Assembly: GCA_020344215.1 (NCBI GenBank)
Contig: CP070815.1
Location: 2,490,358 to 2,554,357 of the forward strand
Direction of reading: 5' to 3'
From: Gemmatimonadota bacterium
GTDB lineage: Bacteria > Gemmatimonadota > Gemmatimonadetes > Palauibacterales > KS3-K002
Length of the DNA stretch: 64,000 bases
Notes under the pieces: model-generated
The model's database searches: none
Seen by the model: the letters and a program-made list of their open reading frames with translations, nothing else
What the model was told of the DNA's origin: nothing
Made by a program: the position numbers and the translations under genes
Shown here: positions 27,134 through 36,830 of the stretch, one piece after another
How the letters are laid out: each line of letters begins with the position of its first letter
How positions within the stretch are numbered: position 1 is the first letter of the stretch

Positions 27134-28401
27134 GGGTGCGGCCCAGGACCGCGCGTCAGCCACGAGAGCCCGACTGGCTGTCGGTAGAGGAGGCCCGGGA
27201 ACTGATCCTCTCGCGGATCAAGCAACTGGACCACGAAGCGGTTCGCCTGACTGATGCCCTGGGTCGGGTCCTTGCGGCGGACGTCGAATCGGCCGTCACG
27301 CACCCGGCGTGGGACAATAGCGCGATGGACGGGTTCGCCGTGCTGTCCCGTGATGTCGCCGCTGCCAGTCGCGAGCGACCTGTGGTGCTCAAGGTAGTCG
27401 AGGCAGTGGCGGCCGGTGCCTTTCACACACGCGCCCTGCGGCCCGGTGAGGCGGTGCGCGTGATGACGGGCGCGCCCGTGCCGACGGGCGCCGACGGCGT
27501 CACTCGGCTCGAGCATACCGAGCCCGGTCCCCAGCCGGGAACGATCCGGATCGTCGACAGTAGCGGTGCCGGTCGCAACATCCGCCGCAGAGGCGAGGAC
27601 CTGAAGGTCGGCGCCCGGCCACTGAGGGCGGGAACTCTCTTACGACCGGCCGAGATCGGTGTCCTCGCGATGCTCGGCCAGCCGTCGGTACCGGTCTACT
27701 GCCGGCCGCAGGTCGGGATTCTCGCTACCGGCAACGAGCTGGCCGATTTCGACGAACTGGCGGAGGTGCACGCCGGCCGTCGCATCATGAACTCCAACTC
27801 CTACGCTCTTGCCGCCCAGGTGCACGAGGCCGGTGGCGAACCCGTGCTGCTCGGGATCGCGCGCGACGATCCAGACAGCCTGCGCGCACGACTCGAATCG
27901 GCCCTGGGTAACGACGCGCTCATCACCTCCGCTGGTCTCGCGGTGGGCGACCACGACTACGTGAAGGAAGTGCTGGACGACCTGGGGATGGAGTTCCTCT
28001 TCTACCGCGTGGAGATGCGACCGGGCAGCCCGTTCACCTTCGGTGTGCTCGACGCCATGCCGGTATTCGCGCTGCCCGGCAACCCGGTGTCGGCGATGGT
28101 CACTTTCGAGGTGCTGGTGCGGCCGGCGCTGAGAAAGATGACGGGGCTCTTACAGTACGACCGACCCTGGCGGCGCGTGCGGCTGGCCGAGCCGGTGATT
28201 ACGAAAGGGCGACTGACTCACTTCTACCGGGTTACGCTGCAAGAGGGGGAGGGCGGCGTCCTGATAGCGCGGCTCACGGGCCCGCAGGGTTCCGGTATCC
28301 TCACCTCGATGTCGGAGGCGGACGCGCTGATAAGAGTGCCGGCCAACAGCAGTCTGCCCGCCGGCACCGAGCTCGACGCAATCGTCCTCCGCGAGAAGTG
28401 A
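27106..28401 (+). CDS. moeA: Molybdopterin molybdenumtransferase
   Basis: MoeA-like domain order and length (431 aa). The start may be the Met at 27130. Confidence 0.85.
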   Translation: MPNRERGEMRVRPRTARQPREPDWLSVEEARELILSRIKQLDHEAVRLTDALGRVLAADVESAVTHPAWDNSAMDGFAVLSRDVAAASRERPVVLKVVEAVAAGAFHTRALRPGEAVRVMTGAPVPTGADGVTRLEHTEPGPQPGTIRIVDSSGAGRNIRRRGEDLKVGARPLRAGTLLRPAEIGVLAMLGQPSVPVYCRPQVGILATGNELADFDELAEVHAGRRIMNSNSYALAAQVHEAGGEPVLLGIARDDPDSLRARLESALGNDALITSAGLAVGDHDYVKEVLDDLGMEFLFYRVEMRPGSPFTFGVLDAMPVFALPGNPVSAMVTFEVLVRPALRKMTGLLQYDRPWRRVRLAEPVITKGRLTHFYRVTLQEGEGGVLIARLTGPQGSGILTSMSEADALIRVPANSSLPAGTELDAIVLREK

Positions 28402-28404
28402 TTG

Positions 28405-28466
28405 CCCCTCCTCCTGCTCCTGCTCGTATACGATCACGATTACGAGCAAGAGCAGGAGGAGAGAGG
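28405..28466. repeat. Copy R3 of the hexamer-repeat hairpin family; it fills the convergent moeA/etfA intergenic gap exactly
   Basis: cccctcctcctgctcctgctcgtatacgatc pairs with gatcacgattacgagcaagagcaggaggagagagg in a hairpin centred on GATC. Confidence 0.65.
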
Positions 28467-28467
28467 A

Positions 28468-29451
28468 TCAGGGCTGGGAGCGGGCTTTCCTGATTTCCTC
28501 CGTCAGGCGCGGCACGATCTCGAAGAGATCTCCGACGACGCCGTAGTCTGCGATCTTGAAGATCGGCGCCTCCGCGTCCTTGTTCACCGCGACGATACAC
28601 CCCGCGGTCTGCATCCCTGCCAAGTGCTGGATCGCTCCGCTGACGCCTATGGCGAAGTAGAGCGGCGGCGCCACCACCTTCCCCGTCTGCCCCACCTGCT
28701 CGCTGTGCGGGCGCCAGCCGGCGTCGACAACCGCACGACTGGCGCCCAAACCCGCGCCCGGGCCGAGTGCGTCGGCGAGCCCCTCGAGCAACTTCCAGCT
28801 CTCGGGGCCGCCCAGGCCGCGGCCGCCGGCGACGATGATCTCCGCCTCGGCGACGTCCGGTCGTTCCCTTTTCTCCTCTGCCGCCGTCTGCACCTTCGTG
28901 CGGGCCGCCGCGCCGGCGTCGACGGTTAGCTCCTCCACCTGCGCATCGCGAGGCGCTTCCGCCGCCTTGTACGCGCGCGGCCGCACGCTGAGCATGGCAG
29001 GCGCGCTCTTGAAGGCCAGGCGTAGGAAGACCTTCCCGGCGTAGGCAGGCCGAACGGCGACCACTCGGCCGTCCTCGATGCCCACCTGCGTGACATCACT
29101 CGCTAGCCCCGCCTTCAGGCGAGCCGCCACGCGCGGCGCCAGGTCTTTCCCCTGGGCGCTGGCGGCGAACACGACCGCCTTCGCCGCCTTCTCTCGAGCC
29201 GCCTTCGCCACCAGCTCGGTGTAGCCCTCAGGCGAATACTCGGCGAACGCGTCGGCGAGACCGGTCAACACGCGGTCGGCGCCGTAGCTCCCCAGCTTGC
29301 CGGCTTCGACCGCCAGTCCGGGCGGCCCGACGAGAACGGCGACCAGCTCGACTCCCAGAGCATCCGCCAGCTGACGCCCGACCGTTAGCGTCTCGAGCGC
29401 GGCGTCGCGAACTGCCCCCGCCCGCTGCTCCGCAAATGCAAGAACGCTCAT
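28468..29451 (-). CDS. etfA: Electron transfer flavoprotein alpha subunit
   Basis: The C-terminal FAD-binding signature is present: IVAVNKDAEAPIFKIADYGVVGDLFEIVP. Confidence 0.9.
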   Translation of the reverse strand: MSVLAFAEQRAGAVRDAALETLTVGRQLADALGVELVAVLVGPPGLAVEAGKLGSYGADRVLTGLADAFAEYSPEGYTELVAKAAREKAAKAVVFAASAQGKDLAPRVAARLKAGLASDVTQVGIEDGRVVAVRPAYAGKVFLRLAFKSAPAMLSVRPRAYKAAEAPRDAQVEELTVDAGAAARTKVQTAAEEKRERPDVAEAEIIVAGGRGLGGPESWKLLEGLADALGPGAGLGASRAVVDAGWRPHSEQVGQTGKVVAPPLYFAIGVSGAIQHLAGMQTAGCIVAVNKDAEAPIFKIADYGVVGDLFEIVPRLTEEIRKARSQP

Positions 29452-29456
29452 CGTCG

Positions 29457-30206
29457 TCAGATGACCTTGGCTTCCTCCCGGAGCCTGCGCACGAGCTCGG
29501 GTACGGCGTCGGCGCCCTCGCCGACGATCACGCCCGCCGAACGCCCCGGTGGGTTCATGACCTCGATAACCTCGAGGTGCGATTCGGCATCACCAACATC
29601 GACTTCCTCGAGCGGCTTCTTCTTCGCCTGCATGATGCCCTTGAGGCTCGGGTAGCGCGGTTCGTTCAGCCCCTTCTGAGCGGCGACCACGCCGGGCAGC
29701 TCGAACTCCACGATCTCGTGACCGCCCTCGATCTCCCGTGTCGCCGTCACCACCTTGCCTTCGACCTGCAGCTCGACGACCACAGTCGCGCAGGGGACGC
29801 CCAGCAGCTCGGCTACCATCGCCGGCACCTGCAAGTTGTCATCGTCGATGGCCTGCTTACCGAAGAGCAGCAGATCGTACTCCCGGCCCTCGAGCGCACC
29901 GGCCAACTTCTGCGCCGTGCCAAGGCCGTCGACCGACGGCTGACCCTTGAGTAGGACGGCTTGATCGGCGCCCATGGCCAGCGCAGTGCGCAGCGTCTCC
30001 TTCGACTCCTCGCCACCGAGGGTCATCACGGTGACGCTACCATCGCCGGCAGCTTCCTTCAGCCTGAGCGCCCCCTCGACGGCGTACTCGTCGTAGGGGT
30101 TGAGAACAAACTTCAGTCCTTGTGTGTCGACAGAGGCGCCGTCCTTCGCTTTCGCAATTCGGCTCTCCGAGTCGGGCACACGCTTGATGCAGACTATGAT
30201 CTTCAT
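29457..30206 (-). CDS. etfB: Electron transfer flavoprotein beta subunit
   Basis: The N-terminus reads MKIIVCIKRVPDSESRI. The gene sits 6 nt upstream of etfA. The start was set at an internal Met. Confidence 0.9.
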   Translation of the reverse strand: MKIIVCIKRVPDSESRIAKAKDGASVDTQGLKFVLNPYDEYAVEGALRLKEAAGDGSVTVMTLGGEESKETLRTALAMGADQAVLLKGQPSVDGLGTAQKLAGALEGREYDLLLFGKQAIDDDNLQVPAMVAELLGVPCATVVVELQVEGKVVTATREIEGGHEIVEFELPGVVAAQKGLNEPRYPSLKGIMQAKKKPLEEVDVGDAESHLEVIEVMNPPGRSAGVIVGEGADAVPELVRRLREEAKVI

Positions 30207-30217
30207 CGCCAACTCGC

Positions 30218-30751
30218 CTAGTTCGTCGCCGCCTCGAGACGCTCGACCTCTGCCTGGCTCAGCTCGCAATAGCGGTGCATGACGAGATCGATCAAGCGGT
30301 CTGTGAGGTCGGTCTCCTTGGCGCGGATCGTCGCGCTCCCGCGGATGCCTCCCGAGCGCAAGCTGAGCAACCGACCGGCCAGCCATTCCAGAAACGAGGC
30401 CACCACATCGCGATGCGGCCCACCCTCGCCACGCTCGCTCGGATCGTGCGAAGTGACGAGAGCATCGACCAGCGCCAGGGTGCCGGGGAAGACCAGCGAC
30501 ACCACCGCGCCGGACTCCGTGGATTCCTCTCCCGTCTCTTCCTCCCAGGCCAGCTCGTTCTCGTAGAGCTGCTGGGCTTCCTCGAGCAGGTGGCGATGCT
30601 GCTCTTCCGGCGTACGTTCGGCCGGCGGGTGAGGCGGAAGCGCGCGGTGTAACAGCTCGGCCACTGCCCGCATCCGCATCTCGATCTCCGCTCGCGGTCC
30701 TGTGTTCGTGTCCTTAGCCATATCACTCACGCGATCCGCAGGATTAACCAC
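30218..30751 (-). CDS. Hypothetical protein (acidic; leads the etfBA operon)
   Basis: The ORF has high third-position GC and is co-directional with etfB, ending 11 nt upstream of it. No family was recognised. The start is either the GTG at 30751 or the ATG at 30721. Confidence 0.4.
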   Translation of the reverse strand: MVNPADRVSDMAKDTNTGPRAEIEMRMRAVAELLHRALPPHPPAERTPEEQHRHLLEEAQQLYENELAWEEETGEESTESGAVVSLVFPGTLALVDALVTSHDPSERGEGGPHRDVVASFLEWLAGRLLSLRSGGIRGSATIRAKETDLTDRLIDLVMHRYCELSQAEVERLEAATN

Positions 30752-30957
30752 ACGCCTGGCGACCGAGATCTAATATCGCCGGAGCGCCACAGAAGCAAGA
30801 CGGGGTCGGAGCCGAGGGACCGCTCGCTCCGCGCTCACGCCACCAATCGCCGGCGCCAGCACGATCCTGCTGCGTTCGCAAGCTGCGCGAGTTGGCCCCT
30901 CAGCTCCTCCCGGCCAAGCGGAAGACGCAGGCGTTGCGAGATGGTCCTCTGACTCCT

Positions 30958-31803
30958 TTAGGTTCGTGCGCAGCGGCGGAGATAGTCGAGGTTTCGGCGG
31001 TTTGCCCGGACGGGGTCATCGCCCGTGGGCGTCTCGATAACCTTGGGCACGTCGCGGAAGCGCCGATCCCGCATGATCTGGCGGAAGGGGCCCGGACCCA
31101 GATGGCCTTTGCCGATCTGCTCGTGACGATCGACCCGACTGCCGAGCGGGGCCTTCGAGTCATTCAGGTGGAGGAGGTGGACGCGCTCCAGCCCGACGAC
31201 GCGATCGAGCTCGCCGATGACGCCCTCGTAGTCGGCCGCCAGGTCGTAGCCGGCGGCGAAGAGGTGCGCCGTGTCGAGGCAGACGCCCAAGCGACCCTGG
31301 AATCGCGACCCGATGAGCCGGAGCAGCTCGGCCAGCTCCTCGAAGGTCGAACCCAGCGCGGTGCCCTGCCCGGCGGTGGCCTCGATGAGCACCCGGGTAG
31401 GGCCGCCAACCGCCGCCAGCGCCTGCCGGATCGCCTCGGCGTTCCGCCGTAGCCCGGCGGCGCCCTCACCGTCGGTGGCGTTCCCGGGGTGGGAGACGAG
31501 GAAGTCGAGCTCGAGGGCGCGGCAGCGTTCGAGCTCGCGACAGAAGGAGCGATAGGACCGCTCGCGGAGCATGGCAGCAGGGCTGGCAAGGTTGATGAGG
31601 TAGGAGTCGTGCGAGCCGGCGATGTGTATCGAATGCTCAAAGAGCGCACGCCGGAACGCAGCCGCGGTTCCCTGATCGATATCGCGCTCTGCCCAGCGGT
31701 TGACCTGTTTGGTGAAAATCTGGATGACGTCGGCGCCGATCTCGGCGCCCCGCGCCGGGGCACGCTCGACGCCACCGGCCGTGGAGACGTGCGCGCCGAG
31801 CAA
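30958..31803 (-). CDS. nfo: Endonuclease IV (AP endonuclease family 2)
   Basis: The segment LGAHVSTAGG... with TIM-barrel His/Asp/Glu metal ligands resembles E. coli Nfo (MKYIGAHVSAAGG). The start was set at a TTG; the ORF track extends to 32034. Confidence 0.8.
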   Translation of the reverse strand: MLGAHVSTAGGVERAPARGAEIGADVIQIFTKQVNRWAERDIDQGTAAAFRRALFEHSIHIAGSHDSYLINLASPAAMLRERSYRSFCRELERCRALELDFLVSHPGNATDGEGAAGLRRNAEAIRQALAAVGGPTRVLIEATAGQGTALGSTFEELAELLRLIGSRFQGRLGVCLDTAHLFAAGYDLAADYEGVIGELDRVVGLERVHLLHLNDSKAPLGSRVDRHEQIGKGHLGPGPFRQIMRDRRFRDVPKVIETPTGDDPVRANRRNLDYLRRCART

Positions 31804-31840
31804 GCTCGGCTGGCGGGTGCGGGTCCGGGCCAACGCGGTG

Positions 31841-32368
31841 TTAGGATTGCGGACTTCGCCAGCGATCGCCCTGCTGGCGCGCGCGGTTCCGACGCATCGT
31901 CTCGATGCGCTGGGCCAGGCGCTCCTGCATGAGCATGAAGCGGAGCACCTGGCGCGGAGTGAGGACGTCGAACAGCCGGCCCTGTTGCCAGTAAAGCAGC
32001 TCGACTTCTCGGCCCTTAAGTGCCAGGCTCGCATCCGCTAGCCGCTGGAACTCATCGGCGTCCGTCGATGGATCGGACAGCGCGTCCGCGATCTCGCGAC
32101 GCAGCTGACCCTGGCTGCGGGCCAGCTCGCCACGGCGCTCCATCGTCTCCCGGAGCACGGCGTCCAGCCCGCTTCGCTGCTGCTCCGTCAGGTTAAGCTC
32201 GATGGTTGCCTGATCGAGGAACATCTCGATCAGCCGCTCTTGCGCCTGCTGTGGCAGCGCGTTGCCCGCCGCGGGCTCGCCGGGGTTCTGGGCGGATGCC
32301 GTCGAGGCGACCACCACGGGCAGCGAAACGACAAGCGCTGCGACAGAGAGATACCGACTCGACCTCAT
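31841..32368 (-). CDS. Periplasmic LTxxQ-motif protein (CpxP/Spy-like)
   Basis: A signal peptide and an LTEQQR motif are present. It sits immediately downstream of the anti-sigma factor gene. Confidence 0.5.
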   Translation of the reverse strand: MRSSRYLSVAALVVSLPVVVASTASAQNPGEPAAGNALPQQAQERLIEMFLDQATIELNLTEQQRSGLDAVLRETMERRGELARSQGQLRREIADALSDPSTDADEFQRLADASLALKGREVELLYWQQGRLFDVLTPRQVLRFMLMQERLAQRIETMRRNRARQQGDRWRSPQS

Positions 32369-32874
32369 GAGCGTCCGACCTCCGCAACGAGTTGCTCGAT
32401 CTCTTCTTCGCTAAGTCCCGATGTATCGAAGCCCACAGGCATGAACGCGGCGGAGCTCAAGCCTGCCGTCCAGGCCGCCGCTTCTCCTTCGGGCAATTCC
32501 GCCACCTCGCGGGCAAGCGCATCGATCCCCGTTGCCGCGGGCCGATTCACTCCGGCGAAGAGGTTCCAGAGGAACACCACGACCGCGATGGCGGCAAGCA
32601 CCGCGGCGACGGCCCAGATGCGACGCGGCGGTCCGAGCCACCGCTTGCGCTCGGTCTCCTCCACCACGCCTCTGACGAAGTAGTCCCAGCGGTCCGGATC
32701 GGGGTTGGGGATCGGGGTCTGCTGCAGGAGGCTCACCGCGTTGGCCTTGTTCCGGCACTCGCGACACGCCGCCAGGTGCTCACGGACATGCCGGTCGTCT
32801 TCAGCCGATACCCTGCCGGCGAGAAACTCGGGGAGCAGATCGGCGATCCTATCACAATCGTACGAACCAGTCAT
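32365..32874 (-). CDS. Anti-sigma factor with an N-terminal zinc-finger (ZAS, H-x3-C-x2-C)
   Basis: The motif HLAACRECR is present, followed by a TM segment. The gene overlaps the sigma factor gene by 4 nt. Confidence 0.7.
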   Translation of the reverse strand: MTGSYDCDRIADLLPEFLAGRVSAEDDRHVREHLAACRECRNKANAVSLLQQTPIPNPDPDRWDYFVRGVVEETERKRWLGPPRRIWAVAAVLAAIAVVVFLWNLFAGVNRPAATGIDALAREVAELPEGEAAAWTAGLSSAAFMPVGFDTSGLSEEEIEQLVAEVGRS

Positions 32875-33419
32875 GTGAGCGCCTCCCTGAGCTTCTGGAT
32901 TCCGTGATGGTAATTGACCCGGGCCGAGCCTTCCGAACAGCCGATAATATCGCCGATCTCCTTGAAGCTCAGCCCCTCGAACACGCGGAGCGTCACCGCC
33001 CCGCGCTGCTTCTCGGGCAGGTTGGCCAGCTCGGCGGCCGCACGGGCGAATGCTTCGGCCCGGGCGGCCTTCGCATCGGGCGGTGTGAGCGAAGCGATGA
33101 ACTCGGCGCCGGTGTCGATCCTGACCTCGCCGCGGCGTTTCTGGCGGCGGGCAACTGAGCGGGCGGCGTTCAGGGTGATCGAGAACAACCAGGTTCGGAA
33201 GCGGCTGTCACCGCGGTAGCTCTTGAGGCCGTGGAACGCGCGCACGAAGACGTCCTGGGCGACGTCGAGCGCCTGATCGGGATCGGCGAGCCAGCGGGCG
33301 GCGAAACGGTATACGGCATCCCTGTGCAGCCTGACCAGTTGGCCGAACGCTGCCCGATCCCCACCTCGTGCCTGTTCAATCAGGGCGGCTTCATCCATGC
33401 CGTTACTAAGATGCAGCAA
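32871..33419 (-). CDS. ECF-subfamily RNA polymerase sigma-70 factor
   Basis: Sigma region 2 (DVAQDVFVRAF) and region 4 (LSFKEIGDIIGCSEGSARVNYHHGIQKLR) are both present. Confidence 0.85.
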   Translation of the reverse strand: MLHLSNGMDEAALIEQARGGDRAAFGQLVRLHRDAVYRFAARWLADPDQALDVAQDVFVRAFHGLKSYRGDSRFRTWLFSITLNAARSVARRQKRRGEVRIDTGAEFIASLTPPDAKAARAEAFARAAAELANLPEKQRGAVTLRVFEGLSFKEIGDIIGCSEGSARVNYHHGIQKLREALT

Positions 33420-33554
33420 ACCCCCGAAGTGTTAAAGCCACACCCCGATCGTGGCCGCCGGAGGCGTGCGGCTCTTGATCCTGGCCCGGCTGGGCCCAAT
33501 ATACACCGGGGTGGAGGGGCGAAACGCGCGCAGAGCGCTGAAGGGAGGATCGCT

Positions 33555-34196
33555 ATGGGTGGATCGAGGAGAATAGCGGCGACCGCGGTGGCGGCCGCCT
33601 GTTCTTTTGCCGGGCACCAGGGCGCGAACGGTCAGGTCGTCGCCGAACCGGCACTGCTGACCGCCGGGATCCCGGTCAGCGAGGTATTCATGCCGTACGT
33701 CGCGTTCCCCGAGAACGCATACGTGCTCGGCGGGATGCTCCGCTTCCCGGTCAGCGACGATGTCGACATCGGCGGCCGAGCCGGCTTGTGGCTGATCGAC
33801 GACTCCAAAGATTCGCCGTTCGCCGGAGGCGACGTACGCTACAGTCTCCTCTCGCGCCCGCTGTCGCCGGGCGGCGGCCAGCTCGCCCTGAGCTTCGACT
33901 TCGGGCTCGGCGTGAGCGATGCAGGCGAAACCGTTTGGAAGATCCCGATCGGGTTCATCGCGGGCATCGGATTCGTACTGGCGGGAGGTGACTCGGAGAT
34001 CTTCGTTCACCCGCGCTTCGATGTGGGGCTGAGTTCCGGTGAGGATGACTTCGATGCAGCCCTGCTGCTCGACGTGGGCGGCCTCTTCTCGATCACGCCG
34101 TCGATGGGTACCATGATCGATGCCCGCTTCGGCGACGGCGTGTTCGGCGAGGGCGATCAGGTAGTGCTGGCGCTGGCGTTCGCCTGGACGTTGTAG
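33555..34196 (+). CDS. Hypothetical secreted protein
   Basis: AAGGGAGG precedes the ATG. A signal peptide is present. The start was set at an internal Met of the track ORF. Confidence 0.45.
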   Translation: MGGSRRIAATAVAAACSFAGHQGANGQVVAEPALLTAGIPVSEVFMPYVAFPENAYVLGGMLRFPVSDDVDIGGRAGLWLIDDSKDSPFAGGDVRYSLLSRPLSPGGGQLALSFDFGLGVSDAGETVWKIPIGFIAGIGFVLAGGDSEIFVHPRFDVGLSSGEDDFDAALLLDVGGLFSITPSMGTMIDARFGDGVFGEGDQVVLALAFAWTL

Positions 34197-34248
34197 CTTT
34201 GCGATCGGTGAGTCAGTGGCCCGCAAACACTTATCAGTGAGGGTCAAG

Positions 34249-36384
34249 ATGCGAATCGGACGGAGCATCATATCGCACAGAGTAGTGCTTTACTCCTTGC
34301 TCGGGTCGGCGGTGGCGATCCTGGTGACCGCGCAAGCTTCGGCACAGCAGGACGCCGCCAAAGCTGAACGACCGGCGTGGTTCGATGAGGCACAGGCGGC
34401 AATCGAGAGCGAGCTCGTCGCACGGTACGGCGGCGAGCAGCGCGCCCGGCTCCGCCGCGGGATGGGACAGGTCGCCGATTTCTGGCGCGCGGAGGACGGT
34501 GACCGGGGGGAGTTCGAGTCGTTTGTGCGGACGCACTTCGCCGGCGACACGGTGACGCTGGCAAACATGTTCGCACGCCTCGAGTACCTGTCCGAGCAGC
34601 TTTCCGGTCACATGGGCGAGATCATCCTGGAGTTTCGGCGGCAGTCAGACCTCGACCTCGGACCGATCCTGCCGTTCGACCGGATCTTCGCCGGATACAA
34701 CCCCGCCGCTCACATCAACGACGATTTCTTCGCCAACAAGCTCGCGTTCGTCGTGCTGCTCAACTTCCCGTTGACGACGCTCGAGCAACGCGTGACGGAG
34801 GGTGACTCGTGGACGCGGCGCGAATGGGCTGAAGTGCGGCTGGCGCAGGCCTTTGACACGCGGATACCCGCGGACGTGCTGCTTGCGGCGTCCCGGGCCG
34901 GCGCACGGGCAGACCAGTATGTCGCCGAGTACAACATCTGGATGCACCACCTGCTGGACGACCGGGGGCGGCGCCTCTTCCCCGCCGGCTTAAGGCTCCT
35001 GTCCCACTGGAACCTGCGGGATGAGATCAAGGCGAACTACGGCGCCGGGGAGGACGGGCTCGCGAAGCAGCGGATGATCCAGCAGGTGATGGAACGTATC
35101 GTCACCCAGACCATCCCCGAGGTGGTGGTAGACAACCCGCACGTGGACTGGAACCCCCACAGCAACCAGGTCGGGCGCGCCACGGTACAGGACGGCGAAG
35201 CGCCCCCACCCACAGACCTAGAAGTAGCCGACGCTCGCGAGCCGGACACGCGCTACGATGTCCTGCTCGGCCAGTTCCAGGCAGCGCGCCTAATCGACGC
35301 CTATTCGCCGACGGCGCCGACGGCCATCGCCCGCAGCTTCGATCAGGGCCGCGAGATCCCCGAGCAGCGAGTGGAGGCGATGTTCGAGGCCGTTCTCTCA
35401 TCGCCGCTCCTCGCTCGAGTTGGCCGGCTGATCGAGGCGCGTCTAGGTCGACCGCTGCAGCCGTTCGACATCTGGTACAGCGGCTTTAGGCCGAGCGCGA
35501 CCTACGATGAGGCGGAACTCGATCGGATCGTCGCCGAGCGCTACCCCACGGCCGAGGCCTACCAGCGGGATATCCTGAGGATGCTCAGGCACTTCGGCTT
35601 CAACGACGAGCTGGCGCAGACGATCGCCGACAACATAGTGGTCGACCCCGCCCGCGGGTCGGGCCACGCGTGGGGCGCCAGCATGCGATCAGCAAAGGCG
35701 CACCTGCGCACGCGCGTCGGAGCCCAGGGAATGGACTACAAGGGTTACAACATCGCGGTCCACGAGATGGGGCATAACGTGGAGCAGATTCTCTCACTCA
35801 ACTTTATCGATCACTACATGCTCTCGGGGGTCCCCAACGCCGCGTTTACCGAGGCGCTGGCGATGGTCTTCCAGGCCCGTGACCTCGAGCTGCTGGGACT
35901 CGCCTCAGTCGACGCCCGTGACCGCGCGCTCCAGACGCTGGACGAGTTCTGGGGGACCGCCGAGATCGCCGCGGTATCGCTCGTCGACATGCGCGTCTGG
36001 CACTGGCTGTACGAGCACCCGACGGCAACTGCCGCGGAGCTGCGGGAGGCCGCCATCGGGATCGCGCAGGACGTGTGGAACACCTACTTCGCCCCGATAT
36101 TCGGGATGAATGATGTGGTCCTCCTGGCGATCTACTCGCACCAGCTCAATTATCCGCTCTACCTGCCTAATTACACGATCGGGCACATGATCGCCTTCCA
36201 GATCGAAGAACAGATGCAGAAGGCAGGCAGCATCGGGGCGGAGTTCGAGCGTATGTGCGCGATGGGCAACGTGACGCCCGACCTCTGGATGAAGAAGGCG
36301 ACCGGCTCGCCGGTCGGGCCGGAGGCGCTACTGGCGGCCACGGAGCGTGCGTTGCGCGAGTTGGGCGCTGTCGGCTCCGAGTGA
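34249..36384 (+). CDS. Secreted zinc metallopeptidase with HEMGH and a Glu 25 residues downstream (gluzincin; ACE/M2-like spacing)
   Basis: The motif AVHEMGHNVEQ-x-EALAM is present, with a signal peptide. Length is about 710 aa. Confidence 0.55.
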   Translation: MRIGRSIISHRVVLYSLLGSAVAILVTAQASAQQDAAKAERPAWFDEAQAAIESELVARYGGEQRARLRRGMGQVADFWRAEDGDRGEFESFVRTHFAGDTVTLANMFARLEYLSEQLSGHMGEIILEFRRQSDLDLGPILPFDRIFAGYNPAAHINDDFFANKLAFVVLLNFPLTTLEQRVTEGDSWTRREWAEVRLAQAFDTRIPADVLLAASRAGARADQYVAEYNIWMHHLLDDRGRRLFPAGLRLLSHWNLRDEIKANYGAGEDGLAKQRMIQQVMERIVTQTIPEVVVDNPHVDWNPHSNQVGRATVQDGEAPPPTDLEVADAREPDTRYDVLLGQFQAARLIDAYSPTAPTAIARSFDQGREIPEQRVEAMFEAVLSSPLLARVGRLIEARLGRPLQPFDIWYSGFRPSATYDEAELDRIVAERYPTAEAYQRDILRMLRHFGFNDELAQTIADNIVVDPARGSGHAWGASMRSAKAHLRTRVGAQGMDYKGYNIAVHEMGHNVEQILSLNFIDHYMLSGVPNAAFTEALAMVFQARDLELLGLASVDARDRALQTLDEFWGTAEIAAVSLVDMRVWHWLYEHPTATAAELREAAIGIAQDVWNTYFAPIFGMNDVVLLAIYSHQLNYPLYLPNYTIGHMIAFQIEEQMQKAGSIGAEFERMCAMGNVTPDLWMKKATGSPVGPEALLAATERALRELGAVGSE

Positions 36385-36415
36385 CAACGCGCCCGCCGTG
36401 CTGTGGGCAGAAGTA

Positions 36416-36814
36416 TCAGAGTGGGACCGGACGATCGCGTTCCGAACCCACGATGCAGAAGAAACCGAACGGCTCATCACCTGAGGCCCGGAACTGGTGT
36501 GGGATGTTCGGCGCCACGTAGACGACATCGCCGTAGCTTACCGGCTCCCTCCGACCACCCAACCGTACCTCACCCCGCCCACGGATAGCGACGACGACGT
36601 GCTGGTGCGCGTGACGCTCGTAGGTCGTGAAGCCACCGGGCTCGACCTCGAAGTAGCGCAGGTGGAACGGCGTTTCCTCCGCCGGTCCGACGAGTTGCTG
36701 GCGCGTCACGGCGCTCCAGTCCTCACCGGGCTCTTTGTACGCGACCGGTGTCACACCCTCCCAACGGTAGTGCTCGAAACGTAGTACCCTGCTATTCACT
36801 CTGGGTTGCTCCAT
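36416..36814 (-). CDS. Cupin-domain protein
   Basis: Cupin His-rich motifs are present (YERHAHQHVVVAIRG ... VYVAPNIPHQF). The start was set at an internal Met; the upstream ORF-track extension reads through a repeat. Confidence 0.6.
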   Translation of the reverse strand: MEQPRVNSRVLRFEHYRWEGVTPVAYKEPGEDWSAVTRQQLVGPAEETPFHLRYFEVEPGGFTTYERHAHQHVVVAIRGRGEVRLGGRREPVSYGDVVYVAPNIPHQFRASGDEPFGFFCIVGSERDRPVPL

Positions 36815-36830
36815 CGCGGTGTAATCTGGT

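Noticed and set aside
28402-28929. ORF-track entries with low-complexity N-termini (MPLLLLLLVYDHDYEQEQEE; 57509..57775 DYDYEYDHAYAYEHEQE; 49012..49428 MHDRGADDDEDGDGDEQREG; 13312..14829 SYSYSSSSS; 38034..39257 MERH..MERG)
   Set aside because: The low-complexity segments are translations of the intergenic hexamer-repeat hairpins or direct repeats. The true genes start at internal Met or GTG codons with RBS support; 28402..28929 is antisense to etfA.
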